Source: an uncultured archaeon (GTDB lineage: Archaea; Thermoproteota; Bathyarchaeia; Bathyarchaeales; Bathycorpusculaceae). From it: DNA of 64,000 nt. The notes under the pieces are model-generated. The model had not been told where the DNA came from. It saw nothing but the letters and a program-made list of their open reading frames with translations, and made no database searches. The stretch spans positions 1 through 64,000 of the forward strand of contig CAWALK010000020.1 in NCBI GenBank assembly GCA_963782915.1, written 5' to 3'. Every line of letters starts with the position of its first letter. The stretch's first letter is position 1. Made by a program: the position numbers and the translations under genes. Below, piece by piece: positions 1-8,681 of this stretch.

Positions 1-216
1 TCACGAGCAGCGACTTAATAGAAGTACCCAAGAAAGATTCCGTTATCGCTACGTACTCATTGTTCCAACTTTTTGTTGGAATAAGGAGCGTAGGTATTCT
101 ATTTTTCCAGTCCTTGTTATGGCTGAGGGTTTTTGCTCTGGTTTGGTTTTATAACGTGCTTTTCTGATTGATTTTTGATTTTTCATTTAGTTGTTATCAA
201 TCTTTTTTGTTCTTTG

Positions 217-430
217 TGGGGACGGGATGCGTAGGAGTTTCCCCATCCCATCGGGGGTTTGTGGGGGCGGTTGGTTTTTTGGTTTAGGCTGTTTTTCTGT
301 TTGCGTTGGGATGGGGCAAGAGGCTTTTTTATCCCATCCGCTATGTTGAACTATGTTGGGTGGGATGGGATGAGGATGGGGAAGTATGTTAGGTTTCTAT
401 TTTGAGGGTTGTATAGCTGTTATGTTAGGG
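217..430. repeat. Cluster of GGGATG(GG)/CATCCC motifs in both orientations plus TATGTT(G/A) direct repeats; iteron/origin-like
   Basis: gacgggatg 221, ccccatcccatc 241, tgggatgggg 307, atcccatcc 331, tgggatgggatgaggatgggg 361; ctatgttg x2 at 341/351, tatgttagg at 385 and 421; non-coding. Confidence 0.5.
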
Positions 431-599
431 TTACCTGTAGTATCTTATTGTGAGAAATTGGCTAAAGAGGTACACTAATTATAGAATTGAAACGGTTAAG
501 GGGAGCTATTTACACAAGGCAAACTTAAGGGTACTGATCGACAGAACAAAACCTTTCTCTTTAATGAAGTAATAAAAAAAGTTGTAGAAGCAGGTTTGT

Positions 600-989
600 C
601 TACTTCTTAACGTAGATGTTTCCTGTTTGAACAGCAGTGAAACCGTTATTTGTGATTGTGAAGTAATCGTCTCTGGGGAAGTTAAAAATTTTATATGTGC
701 CTAGGAGAGTGGTTGAGTTTACTATGCTCCATGTGCCAGAATATGCACTAAATTGTCCTGTGCCATTTTCATAGAGAACTATGGTGTATCCTGTTCCGCT
801 TGAAGTCTGCTCGACATATGTGCCAGCCATACTTGACATAGTTGGTGTTCCACTTGAAAGAGGCGGTGTTCCATTTGAACCTAGGGAATAAAATGCAGCT
901 GCACTAACGATTATTACGATCAAAATAACCGGCAATATAATGTAAAATTTTTTCTTGCTCTTTTTTACAACTAACTCTAGATTGCTCAT
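600..989 (-). CDS. Hypothetical membrane-anchored/secreted protein
   Basis: 129 aa ORF; basic N-terminus, hydrophobic helix, then Ser/Thr/Gly-rich beta domain. Confidence 0.7.
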   Translation of the reverse strand: MSNLELVVKKSKKKFYIILPVILIVIIVSAAAFYSLGSNGTPPLSSGTPTMSSMAGTYVEQTSSGTGYTIVLYENGTGQFSAYSGTWSIVNSTTLLGTYKIFNFPRDDYFTITNNGFTAVQTGNIYVKK

Positions 990-1334
990 TTTTTGATTCC
1001 TCCAGAATGTTTTTTTATTGAATTGTTTACAAAAATTGGGCTAATGCGCTACTAGGAAACAAGCCTTTGCTGCATATTAACCTTTGCAGTTTAACAATTT
1101 CTGGTGAAAATTACCTCTTAGGTTGAATTTTGCCTTAAATTTGCCGCTTGAGCTAATTTGGATGGGCATTGTTATAATCAATCAAGAATGCGAATTAGAG
1201 TATGCCCTGGTTTGCATGGTTGTAGTTGGGCTTTGTCTCAACAGTAAGTTGCAGCAGCATTTTATTAACCCAAAAAGACAAAGAAAGAACTGGAGCTAAA
1301 ATGCTTCTATACTTTATAAGGGATAAGAAACAAA

Positions 1335-1610
1335 ATGCCTTTAAAAATTGACAAAAAGAACTGTAATGTCGCTCTTGAAGATGGTGTTATCTGTATTAAC
1401 GCTAACCCTGAACTTGAAAAGTCGAAGCCAAAGTCTCCGGAAAATACCTGTGAAATGATTTGCTTTAATTCTGTTGAGATTAAGCCCCATATTACTAGAG
1501 TATGTGGTAAGGAGCATCGGTATGGTAGGATTCAGGTTACGGTTGATAAGTCGCTTATTGGTGAAATTGTTGATTTTAAGGTATTAGTAAGACGGGTGAA
1601 GAAGGTCTGA
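1335..1610 (+). CDS. Small hypothetical protein, C-terminus resembles DUF2080/AbrB-like fold
   Basis: 91 aa; GRIQVTVDKSLIGEIVDFKV resembles the DUF2080 pattern (judged by eye). Confidence 0.5.
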   Translation: MPLKIDKKNCNVALEDGVICINANPELEKSKPKSPENTCEMICFNSVEIKPHITRVCGKEHRYGRIQVTVDKSLIGEIVDFKVLVRRVKKV

Positions 1611-1731
1611 AAAAATGTATATACAACTCTTCAAACCTTCAGTTTTTACTGCGGTTTCCTAGGCTGGTCCTTTTTACCGTTTAGTATTCATTTTGGCACT
1701 AGATTAGACAGTTCACAAATCGGTTAATCAG

Positions 1732-1756
1732 ATTAGGGGGATTCGATCCCTCTAAT
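1732..1756. other. Hairpin with T-loop-like 7-nt spacer (possible degenerate att-like site or terminator)
   Basis: ATTAGGGGG-ATTCGAT-CCCTCTAAT, 8/9 stem, between convergent genes. Confidence 0.3.
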
Positions 1757-1825
1757 GATGTAGATATCACCTGAATCCCCATTTCAGTGTAAAATCAGCC
1801 CTATTTTCATAGTGGATTATTTTGG

Positions 1826-2164
1826 TTAACCGGATTCTCGTTTGGTGGTTTTGCATTTTGTGCATCTAAAGAACGTAATTGACGCATGGATAGTTTCGTC
1901 TGCTGCTTCGACGGTCCAAGTTTCGCTTTCGGTGTTTCCGCATGTTTCACAGACCATGTGAATTGTCGAGAGCTGTCTAAGCGATGCTTCTTTGTTTTGG
2001 TCTATGACGGCAATTTCCGCCGTTTTGCCGAGTCGTAGGCTTATTTTTTTGTTGGGTTCTTTATGTTCGGTTGGTTTATGGTACTTGCATTTGGGGCATA
2101 TAGCTATAGAAGAGTCTTTTTTTGCTGTTTGAAGCATAGATCCGCATTTTGGGCAAAAGTCCAT
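1826..2164 (-). CDS. Transcription factor S (TFS/RpoM) paralog
   Basis: MDFCPKCGSML N-terminal Zn ribbon; C-terminal CETC..AADE..TFFRCTKC ribbon; start moved to ATG 2164. Confidence 0.85.
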   Translation of the reverse strand: MDFCPKCGSMLQTAKKDSSIAICPKCKYHKPTEHKEPNKKISLRLGKTAEIAVIDQNKEASLRQLSTIHMVCETCGNTESETWTVEAADETIHASITFFRCTKCKTTKRESG

Positions 2165-2355
2165 TTGATTCACTTGCTTGAAGAACTCACTAAAATGATT
2201 TTTATGGTTTACTACTTTCACTTCATAAACTGAATGTTCAATATTCGATTTAGTGCAACTAAATTCTCCATCCAAAGGATATGTCACCTGCTTATCCCCA
2301 ATTTTTAAGAATAGCTCAGCAAGGCATTCGTATAGCTTTCAGTTAAAACATGAAA

Positions 2356-2404
2356 TGGTGCAGGGGGTTGGATTCGAACCAAACTCACATTTTTTTATCG
2401 GAAA
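2356..2404 (-). repeat. tRNA-Leu 3'-end copy (att-like site) plus class A flank
   Basis: tggtgcagggggttggattcgaacc matches 10732-10756 at 24/25; next 24 nt are 18/24 identical to 4763-4786. Confidence 0.9.
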
Positions 2405-2455
2405 ACCTTGCTGTCTCCCTTAAGCAATATATATTCTATAGAAATTAAGTACGCT

Positions 2456-3637
2456 ATGCAGTTACCGCATCCCCCCTTCAGATGGCTTGTCTTAATTTCT
2501 TATATTCTAACGGGGGTGCTTTCTCAGGTGATCTGGATAACTTTTGCTCCAATAATGTCCATAACTGCACAAACATACGGTGTCTCACAAACTGATGTGG
2601 GATACTTATCCACAGTGTTCCCGTTAATTTTCGTTATCATATCCATACCCGTCGGTTACTTCATAGACTCTCGAGGCTTTCGAAAAGCCATTCTATTAGG
2701 CACTGGTTTTATGGCTGTTTTTGGCTTGCTAAGAGCTTTCTCACCTAACTTCATTTATTTGCTTATTTTTCAGGCACTTGCCGGTGTTAGCCAACCCTTC
2801 ATAATGAACAGTATATCAAAGCTTGTGAAAGGCTGGTTTCCGGAAAAAGAAACCGGGCTTGCAACTGGATTAGGCAGTCTTTCACTTTTTATAGGCATGA
2901 TAATTGGATTAATTCTCACACCCATACTTGTTGACGTGTCCAGTCTCAACGAGATATTATTGATTTATGGGGTTCTTTCAGTGGTTGTTCTTGTTGTCTT
3001 CTACTTCTTAGGTAAAGAACCTACTTTGGCAGTGCACGAGAAAGAGCTTGTTAAGTTGCCAACTTTATTTGGTGTTTTTAAAAACCGAAACATCATCTTG
3101 CTTTCCGCATTGTTCTTTATCGGTATAGGAGTTTTTACGGCTTTCACCACTTGGATAGAACCCACCTTGGGACTTCAAAATGTAAATCCAGAATCCGCCG
3201 GGCTACTTGGAGGTATAATGATTATTGGTGGAATAAGTGGGTCGCTTGTTATCCCCGCTTTATCTGACAAGGTTAAAACAAGAAAGAAACCCTTACTGAT
3301 TTCCTTAGCAATCTCCGGAATATTATGGTATGCTATAACCATCCTGACTGATGCTTTCTGGATTGGGTTACTGATTTTTTGGTTGGGCTTCTTCTTTATG
3401 GCACTACTACCCCTTGGGCTGGAGTTATCCGCTGAATCAGTAGAAAAGAAATATTTGGGTTCAGCAAACGCGTTGCTTTGGGAGTTCTCTCAGATAGGCT
3501 GCCTTGTGTTTATCGTTCTGTACGAGTTTATAGGCAATAGCCAATGCTGGACGTTTACGCTAATGTTTTCAGCTTTAATTACGATAGCTGCTGTTCCACT
3601 TGCGTTTTATATTAAAGAAAAGTCGTTTGTCAAGTGA
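2456..3637 (+). CDS. MFS transporter
   Basis: About 12 TM helices, motif A GYFIDSRGFRK; likely ATG at 2456. Confidence 0.9.
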   Translation: MQLPHPPFRWLVLISYILTGVLSQVIWITFAPIMSITAQTYGVSQTDVGYLSTVFPLIFVIISIPVGYFIDSRGFRKAILLGTGFMAVFGLLRAFSPNFIYLLIFQALAGVSQPFIMNSISKLVKGWFPEKETGLATGLGSLSLFIGMIIGLILTPILVDVSSLNEILLIYGVLSVVVLVVFYFLGKEPTLAVHEKELVKLPTLFGVFKNRNIILLSALFFIGIGVFTAFTTWIEPTLGLQNVNPESAGLLGGIMIIGGISGSLVIPALSDKVKTRKKPLLISLAISGILWYAITILTDAFWIGLLIFWLGFFFMALLPLGLELSAESVEKKYLGSANALLWEFSQIGCLVFIVLYEFIGNSQCWTFTLMFSALITIAAVPLAFYIKEKSFVK

Positions 3638-3677
3638 TTGGGAATCTACTTTTTGCAAGGTTGTTGATTTATAAGAT

Positions 3678-3719
3678 TGGTGCAGAAGGTGGGATTCGAA
3701 CCCCTAAAACGCTGTGGAG
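3678..3719 (-). repeat. tRNA-Leu 3'-end copy (att-like site) plus class B flank
   Basis: tggtgcagaaggtgggattcgaaccc is 24/26 to the tRNA; followed by ctaaaacgctgtggag, shared with the 9946 site. Confidence 0.9.
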
Positions 3720-3917
3720 AATTCACCCGTAAAATCCTCTTTCCTTAATCACATGGCGAACTCTACCATTTCTTAAATATTGAAAAATTGAAAAGTTTGG
3801 ACATGCCCGCATTAAATTCTGAAATAAAAGCAGCTTTAGCCGAAAACGAATAACCGTCTCATTACAGCATTTTCAAGCTACGCCTTCAAACCAATTTTAG
3901 AAGTATAAAATAATGTT

Positions 3918-4070
3918 TTACTTCTTTGAATTGTCTGCTTGAGCCTGCTTCGAACGATTGGCATTAGCTTGTTTCTGCCTCGCACTATTGGCAGCATTTG
4001 CTTTTTTCGCTATACTGCCTTTGTTTGGGGCGGCTGATGTTTTTCCTTCTGTATAATTTTGTTTACGCAA
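3918..4070 (-). CDS. Small basic hydrophilic protein (50 aa), absent from ORF track
   Basis: TTG start, MRKQNYTEGKTSAAPNKGSIAKKANAANSARQKQANANRSKQAQADNSKK*. Confidence 0.5.
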   Translation of the reverse strand: MRKQNYTEGKTSAAPNKGSIAKKANAANSARQKQANANRSKQAQADNSKK

Positions 4071-4244
4071 AATATTCGCCTAAATCATATAGCACTTTGT
4101 TCTTCTTAATCTGTCTTGAGTACCCAAAACATGTTTTTATCCACAGTGGAGTGCGCATTTGGTAAATGGTTATTGGCGGGAACATGATATTGAAAGAGTC
4201 TGCCGCTGATGTAATTAACTGCGCTTAAGGTTGTCTGAGGTAGC

Positions 4245-4691
4245 TTGGTGAAAAAAAGAGATCCGCATGAGGTTGAGTGTAGAAGTGATATTGACGAGTT
4301 TATTCGCCGTGCCCAAAGATGGAGTCCCCTCTACGCAAGACTGGTAAATACTTTAGCTAGGCTTCCTGAAGAGGTTTATCGGTTTACTTTGGAGAATGTT
4401 TCTTTCCATGCAGGTCAAAGTCAGACCTTGGAAGTCAAAGAATTAAGCAAGTCCTGCATGATAATTTTGAAGCGAACCGATTCAGAGTCTTTAATAGCAC
4501 ACGAAATAGCTCACGCCTACCTTGGGCACGCAAAAACTAAAAGCAGAACCAAAAACATAGAGGCAGACGCTGAGGTGTTAAGAAAGAATTGGGGTTTTAA
4601 GAAAAAAGAAATCTGCCCAAGTTATCCCCGATGGTGCCTTCAATGCCATAATCCCCACTGCTCCGAAAGCCAAGCGGGAAAACTTGGCTAA
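4245..4691 (+). CDS. Putative zinc metallopeptidase (HExxH) with Cys-rich tail
   Basis: AHEIAHAYLGH followed by EADA; C-terminal C-x6-C-x2-C-x4-C. Confidence 0.65.
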   Translation: MVKKRDPHEVECRSDIDEFIRRAQRWSPLYARLVNTLARLPEEVYRFTLENVSFHAGQSQTLEVKELSKSCMIILKRTDSESLIAHEIAHAYLGHAKTKSRTKNIEADAEVLRKNWGFKKKEICPSYPRWCLQCHNPHCSESQAGKLG

Positions 4692-4738
4692 TATGCAAAC
4701 TAGCACCCGTTAGGACCCCATACCTTTTATTTATTGAT

Positions 4739-4790
4739 TGGTGCAGGGGTGGGATTCGAACCACACTCAGATTTTCTTTCCCGAAAGAAA
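4739..4790 (-). repeat. tRNA-Leu 3'-end copy (att-like site) plus class A flank with 8-bp inverted repeat
   Basis: tggtgcaggggtgggattcgaacc (one G short of the tRNA); flank contains TTTCTTTC-CC-GAAAGAAA. Confidence 0.9.
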
Positions 4791-4847
4791 CTCTGGGCAA
4801 AGAAAGGGGTTGGTTGTTGGTTTCGTTGTTCATCTTATTGTTTCTCC

Positions 4848-4913
4848 GTAACAACTTATGTTACATTAGCTTAGTTATCGATAGACTGATGTAAATGTAA
4901 CGTAATATGTTAC
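4848..4913. promoter_or_regulatory. Two GTAAC-N7-GTTAC palindromic boxes
   Basis: 4848-4864 and 4897-4913, same 7-nt spacing, just upstream of ORF 4930. Confidence 0.55.
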
Positions 4914-4929
4914 GCTATGAGGGTTTAGA

Positions 4930-5118
4930 GTGCATAAAGAACTTTTGAGCGATAAAGAACGGTCAATGCTAAAACAATACTTAGAAACAGGAGAGAAGGA
5001 TGAGCACTTTAGAATTTTAAAGATGAGAATTAAGAAAAGTTATCCTGCTATTAGCCTAGATTTTCAATTAATCACTCAGATTATCAATAAACTGGAAGAA
5101 TCTTCAAAGTCTAAATAG
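4930..5118 (+). CDS. Small helical protein, possible DNA-binding regulator
   Basis: 62 aa charged amphipathic ORF directly after the operator-like boxes. Confidence 0.55.
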   Translation: MHKELLSDKERSMLKQYLETGEKDEHFRILKMRIKKSYPAISLDFQLITQIINKLEESSKSK

Positions 5119-5141
5119 GGAAGTCTCAGTCATCTGCCTTT

Positions 5142-5549
5142 TCAGTATTTACTTGTCACATTATTAGGAGTGCTCGGTAATTGTATTGTCTGTTTCCTCT
5201 TAGCATTCCAATCGATTAAACGAATACCTAGCAAACCACCAAGAATAATACCTAAGAATACCGCAAATTCAAAGGTTAAGTCCAACTCGACAGCTATTAA
5301 AACTGTGCTTACAAGTCCTATTACTAGCAGCATAAATGACGTAAATAGAATACTATGCTTTTTCAAGACAGTATTCTCTTTAAGGTTCATCATGGCACTA
5401 AATACGCCGATTGCAGATAAACACCCCATAGAGAGTACAAAATATTGATTAGTTGTCAAGAGTTTTTCAACAGCAAGAATAAGTCCAACCAATAAGATAG
5501 GAAGCACTACCGCATTACTGGATGCCCATAATTTAGTTCGAGTTTTCAT
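5142..5549 (-). CDS. Hypothetical 4-TM membrane protein
   Basis: 135 aa, four hydrophobic segments. Confidence 0.65.
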   Translation of the reverse strand: MKTRTKLWASSNAVVLPILLVGLILAVEKLLTTNQYFVLSMGCLSAIGVFSAMMNLKENTVLKKHSILFTSFMLLVIGLVSTVLIAVELDLTFEFAVFLGIILGGLLGIRLIDWNAKRKQTIQLPSTPNNVTSKY

Positions 5550-5842
5550 TTGATTTACCTATAATATTTAGCTGATTTTTGCTTAAGTAATTTGTTATTA
5601 AAACGCTTTCTAAATAGTTCTTAGTTAATTCGATAGCTCAAAGTTATGAATAACCGAGAAACTTCCACATACGGCTGTTTTCATCATATTTCATTTTAGA
5701 ATTTACTTGTTAGCTTTTAGATACCTTTTTTCATAAGAGTGGGTATACCCCTGTATCAATCACCGAGTTTGAGGGTATAAAGTACTTTAGAAAACTGAAG
5801 CTTTAGCAGGCTTTTACACCCCCTGCTTGTTTGTTTGTATAA

Positions 5843-5895
5843 TGGTGCAGGGGGTGGATTTGAACCCACGAATACCTGCGCGATAAGGTCCTAAG
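5843..5895 (-). repeat. Long tRNA-Leu 3'-half copy reaching the anticodon loop (att-like)
   Basis: tggtgcagggggtggatttgaacccacgaatacctgcgcgataaggtcctaag aligns to 10732-10785 and ends at the anticodon loop. Confidence 0.92.
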
Positions 5896-5938
5896 TCAAA
5901 AACTGGCTTCCTTAGCTTTTGAAAGGGTTCTTTGGGAG

Positions 5939-8365
5939 TCATGTAATTAGACGTTGCAAGATGATGTATGCTGCCTTTTTATCTAATGGTTCGTTCCCGT
6001 TACCGCATTTAGGCGAGTATATGCATGATGGGCAACCTTCTTTGCATTCACAGGTTTCAATCAACTCGAGCGTTTTTTCCAGTAGCGGTTTTATGTTTGA
6101 GTAGAGGTTTTCTGAAATGCCAATTCCGCCCTCAAAACCATCGTAAATAAAAATCGTGGGTTTTCCCGTGTCCGCGTGTATGGCGGTTGACATTCCGCCT
6201 ATATCCCATCGGTCACACATTGCAAACATTGGCGCCATCGCAATAATGGCATGTTCAAGAGCATGCAAGCCGCCGTCGAAATTCAAGCCTTTCTCTTCTA
6301 TTTCTTCTCTGATTTGTTCAGGAACAATAAACCACAATCCCACCGTTGAGAAAGATGAAGAGGGCAAATCAAGCGTATGTTTTTTGATGACTACATCGTT
6401 GGATTTTACCACATAAGACGGATAGTTTTCAGTGATTGTTAATTCACCCATAGCAGTTTTGAGGTCTTTTTGTGTTTCCTGCAATGTTTTCTTGATTGCT
6501 ACTTCGACGGTTTTTTGGGTTTCAGTATAATAGTTGGTGCTCTCTTGCCGAACCGTTGCCGTCAAATTGTTGACATCCAGTTCTAGTGAGCGGTAAGTTT
6601 CGCCTTGATGTAGCAGAATTGCTCCCTCATGGGTTTCTTCATAAGCCTTGTTTAAGGGAAGTGTTTCAAGAATATGCCCGTTGCAAAGTACATTCACTGT
6701 TTTTCCGCTAATACTTTCAATATTAACAACTCTAGTTGCCCTTTCCAGCCCCGAATAAGTCCAACCTTGAGCCGCTTTTTTCAGAAGGTTCTTTTGTGCA
6801 AGGGCTTGAACGCTTTCTTTGAAGAGCTCTGGAAAATATTTTTGGTCAGACTCTGTAAGTGGCAACTCGTCAGCTGCGCACATAATGTGGCCTGAAGTGA
6901 TTTGATGATTATGCAGGTCAATGATTGCTTGCTCATGTGGTCTATCAAAGAAGTCCTGTGGGTGCTTCATGAAATATTGGTCAAGAGGATTTTGGAAAGC
7001 AACCAAAGTTACGGTTGAATCGCTTTTGCTTCTGCCTGCACGACCAGCTTGCTGCCACGTAGATATGACTGTTCCAGGATAACCCGAAATTATCACTGCA
7101 TCCAAAGAACCTATATCGATGCCAAGCTCCAATGCGTTTGTTGAAACCAAACCGATTAAGTCTTTGGTTTTTAGACGATTCTCTATGTCACGTCGTTCTT
7201 GAGGAAGGTAACCTGCCCTGTAGGCAGTTACTGAACCGTATAACTTAGGGTTTCTTCGTTTTAGGTCTTCTTTAGTCCATCTTGTTATAAGCTCAGCCAT
7301 TTGTCGTGAGGTTGTAAAGCAGAGGGTTTGCAAGTTTTTCATTACGCTTACAGTTAGCAAGTCTTTGGTTTCTTGATGGGTTGAGCGGCGAATTGTTTTT
7401 TCTGGGTTAATAAAGGGTGGATTCCAAAATACGAATGATTTTTTGCCTCTTGGGGAGCCATCGTTTGAAACTATTTCAAATTCTTTTCCAGTTAATTTCT
7501 TTGCGTGCTCCTGAGGATTAGCTATAGTTGCTGATGCGAGTATGATTTGGGGGTCTGCATGGTAAAAATTGCAGATTCTTAGCAGTCTCCTTAGAAGCAT
7601 GGCTACGTTTGAGCCAAAAACGCCTCGGTAAACATGCGCTTCATCAATTATGAGGTATTTTAGGTTTTGAAAAAAAGACCGCCAGAGCTTATGCCATGGA
7701 AGGTACAGATGCAAACCATAAGGGTTAGTCAAAATTATTCTGGAATTTTCCCGTATAAATTGGCGCTGCTCTTTTGGTGTGTCGCCATCGTAAACGTTAG
7801 AATCTGCTTTGATACCCGTACCTTTCTCAATTTCCTGTAAAACTTTAAGCTGATCATTTGTTAGAGCTTTCGAGGGATAAATATAGAGTGCAGTTGCTTT
7901 TTTATCGTTATTGAGGGCATCAAAAACGGGAATATTAAACGCCAAAGTTTTTCCCGAAGCCGTGTGGGTAGTAATAATCACATTTTTGCCTTGCCGTGCT
8001 TTGTTTATGGCTTCTGCTTGATGGGAATAAAATTTAATTTTTTTATTTTGTAAATAGGCGCTTATGTTTTCTGGAAGAGGTTTTTCTAACTCTCCAAAAC
8101 ATGCTTCTTGTGCGGGAATTTCTTGAGTGTGTGCAATAGGGGTTTGTTGGGTTTGCACTCTTGGCTGTGTGGTTTCTTTCTTCGGGAGGTTTACTGGTTT
8201 AGGTTTTAGCGGATTATTGATTGGGGTAGGTCTGAAATTGTTTGGTTTGCTGCCTTGTGTGAGAAAGGTTCCGCATTCTTTGCAGAATAAGCTCTGGGCA
8301 TATTCCTGATGAGTGTGGTTTTTGCCACATTTTTTGCAGTAGTAAGAAATTGGCAACTTTTTCAA
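5939..8365 (-). CDS. DEAD/DEAH-box helicase with DUF1998 (Hrq1/YprA/SftH family), N-terminal Zn ribbon
   Basis: TASGKT, DEAH, SAT, QQAGRAGR motifs; C-terminal CECKEGCPSC. Confidence 0.92.
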   Translation of the reverse strand: MKKLPISYYCKKCGKNHTHQEYAQSLFCKECGTFLTQGSKPNNFRPTPINNPLKPKPVNLPKKETTQPRVQTQQTPIAHTQEIPAQEACFGELEKPLPENISAYLQNKKIKFYSHQAEAINKARQGKNVIITTHTASGKTLAFNIPVFDALNNDKKATALYIYPSKALTNDQLKVLQEIEKGTGIKADSNVYDGDTPKEQRQFIRENSRIILTNPYGLHLYLPWHKLWRSFFQNLKYLIIDEAHVYRGVFGSNVAMLLRRLLRICNFYHADPQIILASATIANPQEHAKKLTGKEFEIVSNDGSPRGKKSFVFWNPPFINPEKTIRRSTHQETKDLLTVSVMKNLQTLCFTTSRQMAELITRWTKEDLKRRNPKLYGSVTAYRAGYLPQERRDIENRLKTKDLIGLVSTNALELGIDIGSLDAVIISGYPGTVISTWQQAGRAGRSKSDSTVTLVAFQNPLDQYFMKHPQDFFDRPHEQAIIDLHNHQITSGHIMCAADELPLTESDQKYFPELFKESVQALAQKNLLKKAAQGWTYSGLERATRVVNIESISGKTVNVLCNGHILETLPLNKAYEETHEGAILLHQGETYRSLELDVNNLTATVRQESTNYYTETQKTVEVAIKKTLQETQKDLKTAMGELTITENYPSYVVKSNDVVIKKHTLDLPSSSFSTVGLWFIVPEQIREEIEEKGLNFDGGLHALEHAIIAMAPMFAMCDRWDIGGMSTAIHADTGKPTIFIYDGFEGGIGISENLYSNIKPLLEKTLELIETCECKEGCPSCIYSPKCGNGNEPLDKKAAYIILQRLIT

Positions 8366-8468
8366 GCTACACCTACTTATGTTATTATAAAAGCACTATT
8401 GCAGAAATCCGCTTTTTGTGCATTCAAGTACTGGAAGGCAAATGCTCCACAATGTCCTGTTTGTTTCT

Positions 8469-8497
8469 AAATTGTCAAAGATGGAATTCGAATCCAT
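8469..8497 (-). repeat. Decayed tRNA-Leu T-arm-like site
   Basis: ATGGA-ATTCGAA-TCCAT: same 7-nt loop as the tRNA T-arm (GTGGG-ATTCGAA-CCCAC) with two compensatory pair changes; weak acceptor-stem similarity upstream. Confidence 0.5.
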
Positions 8498-8681
8498 TTT
8501 CTGGTTTCGAGTGTCACTCGCAAACACTTCTTTTCTTTATGCAGATGACTAAAAAGCGAAACACATTGGAACAAAAAAGCAGCCGCCAAATACTTTATTA
8601 TCACCTCATCTTTAATCGCTGGTATTATAATGAAAACACCGTTACCTGAAGGAGGATTAAATCACGGAATTCTTTGACCTT

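Noticed and set aside
51-186. Short minus-strand ORF at the window edge
   Set aside because: Only 45 codons with an ambiguous frame; cannot be judged without the sequence to the left
5730-5760. ataagagtgggtatacccc as another copy of the dispersed element
   Set aside because: Only a short partial match, without the GAGCAACAA end or the hairpin
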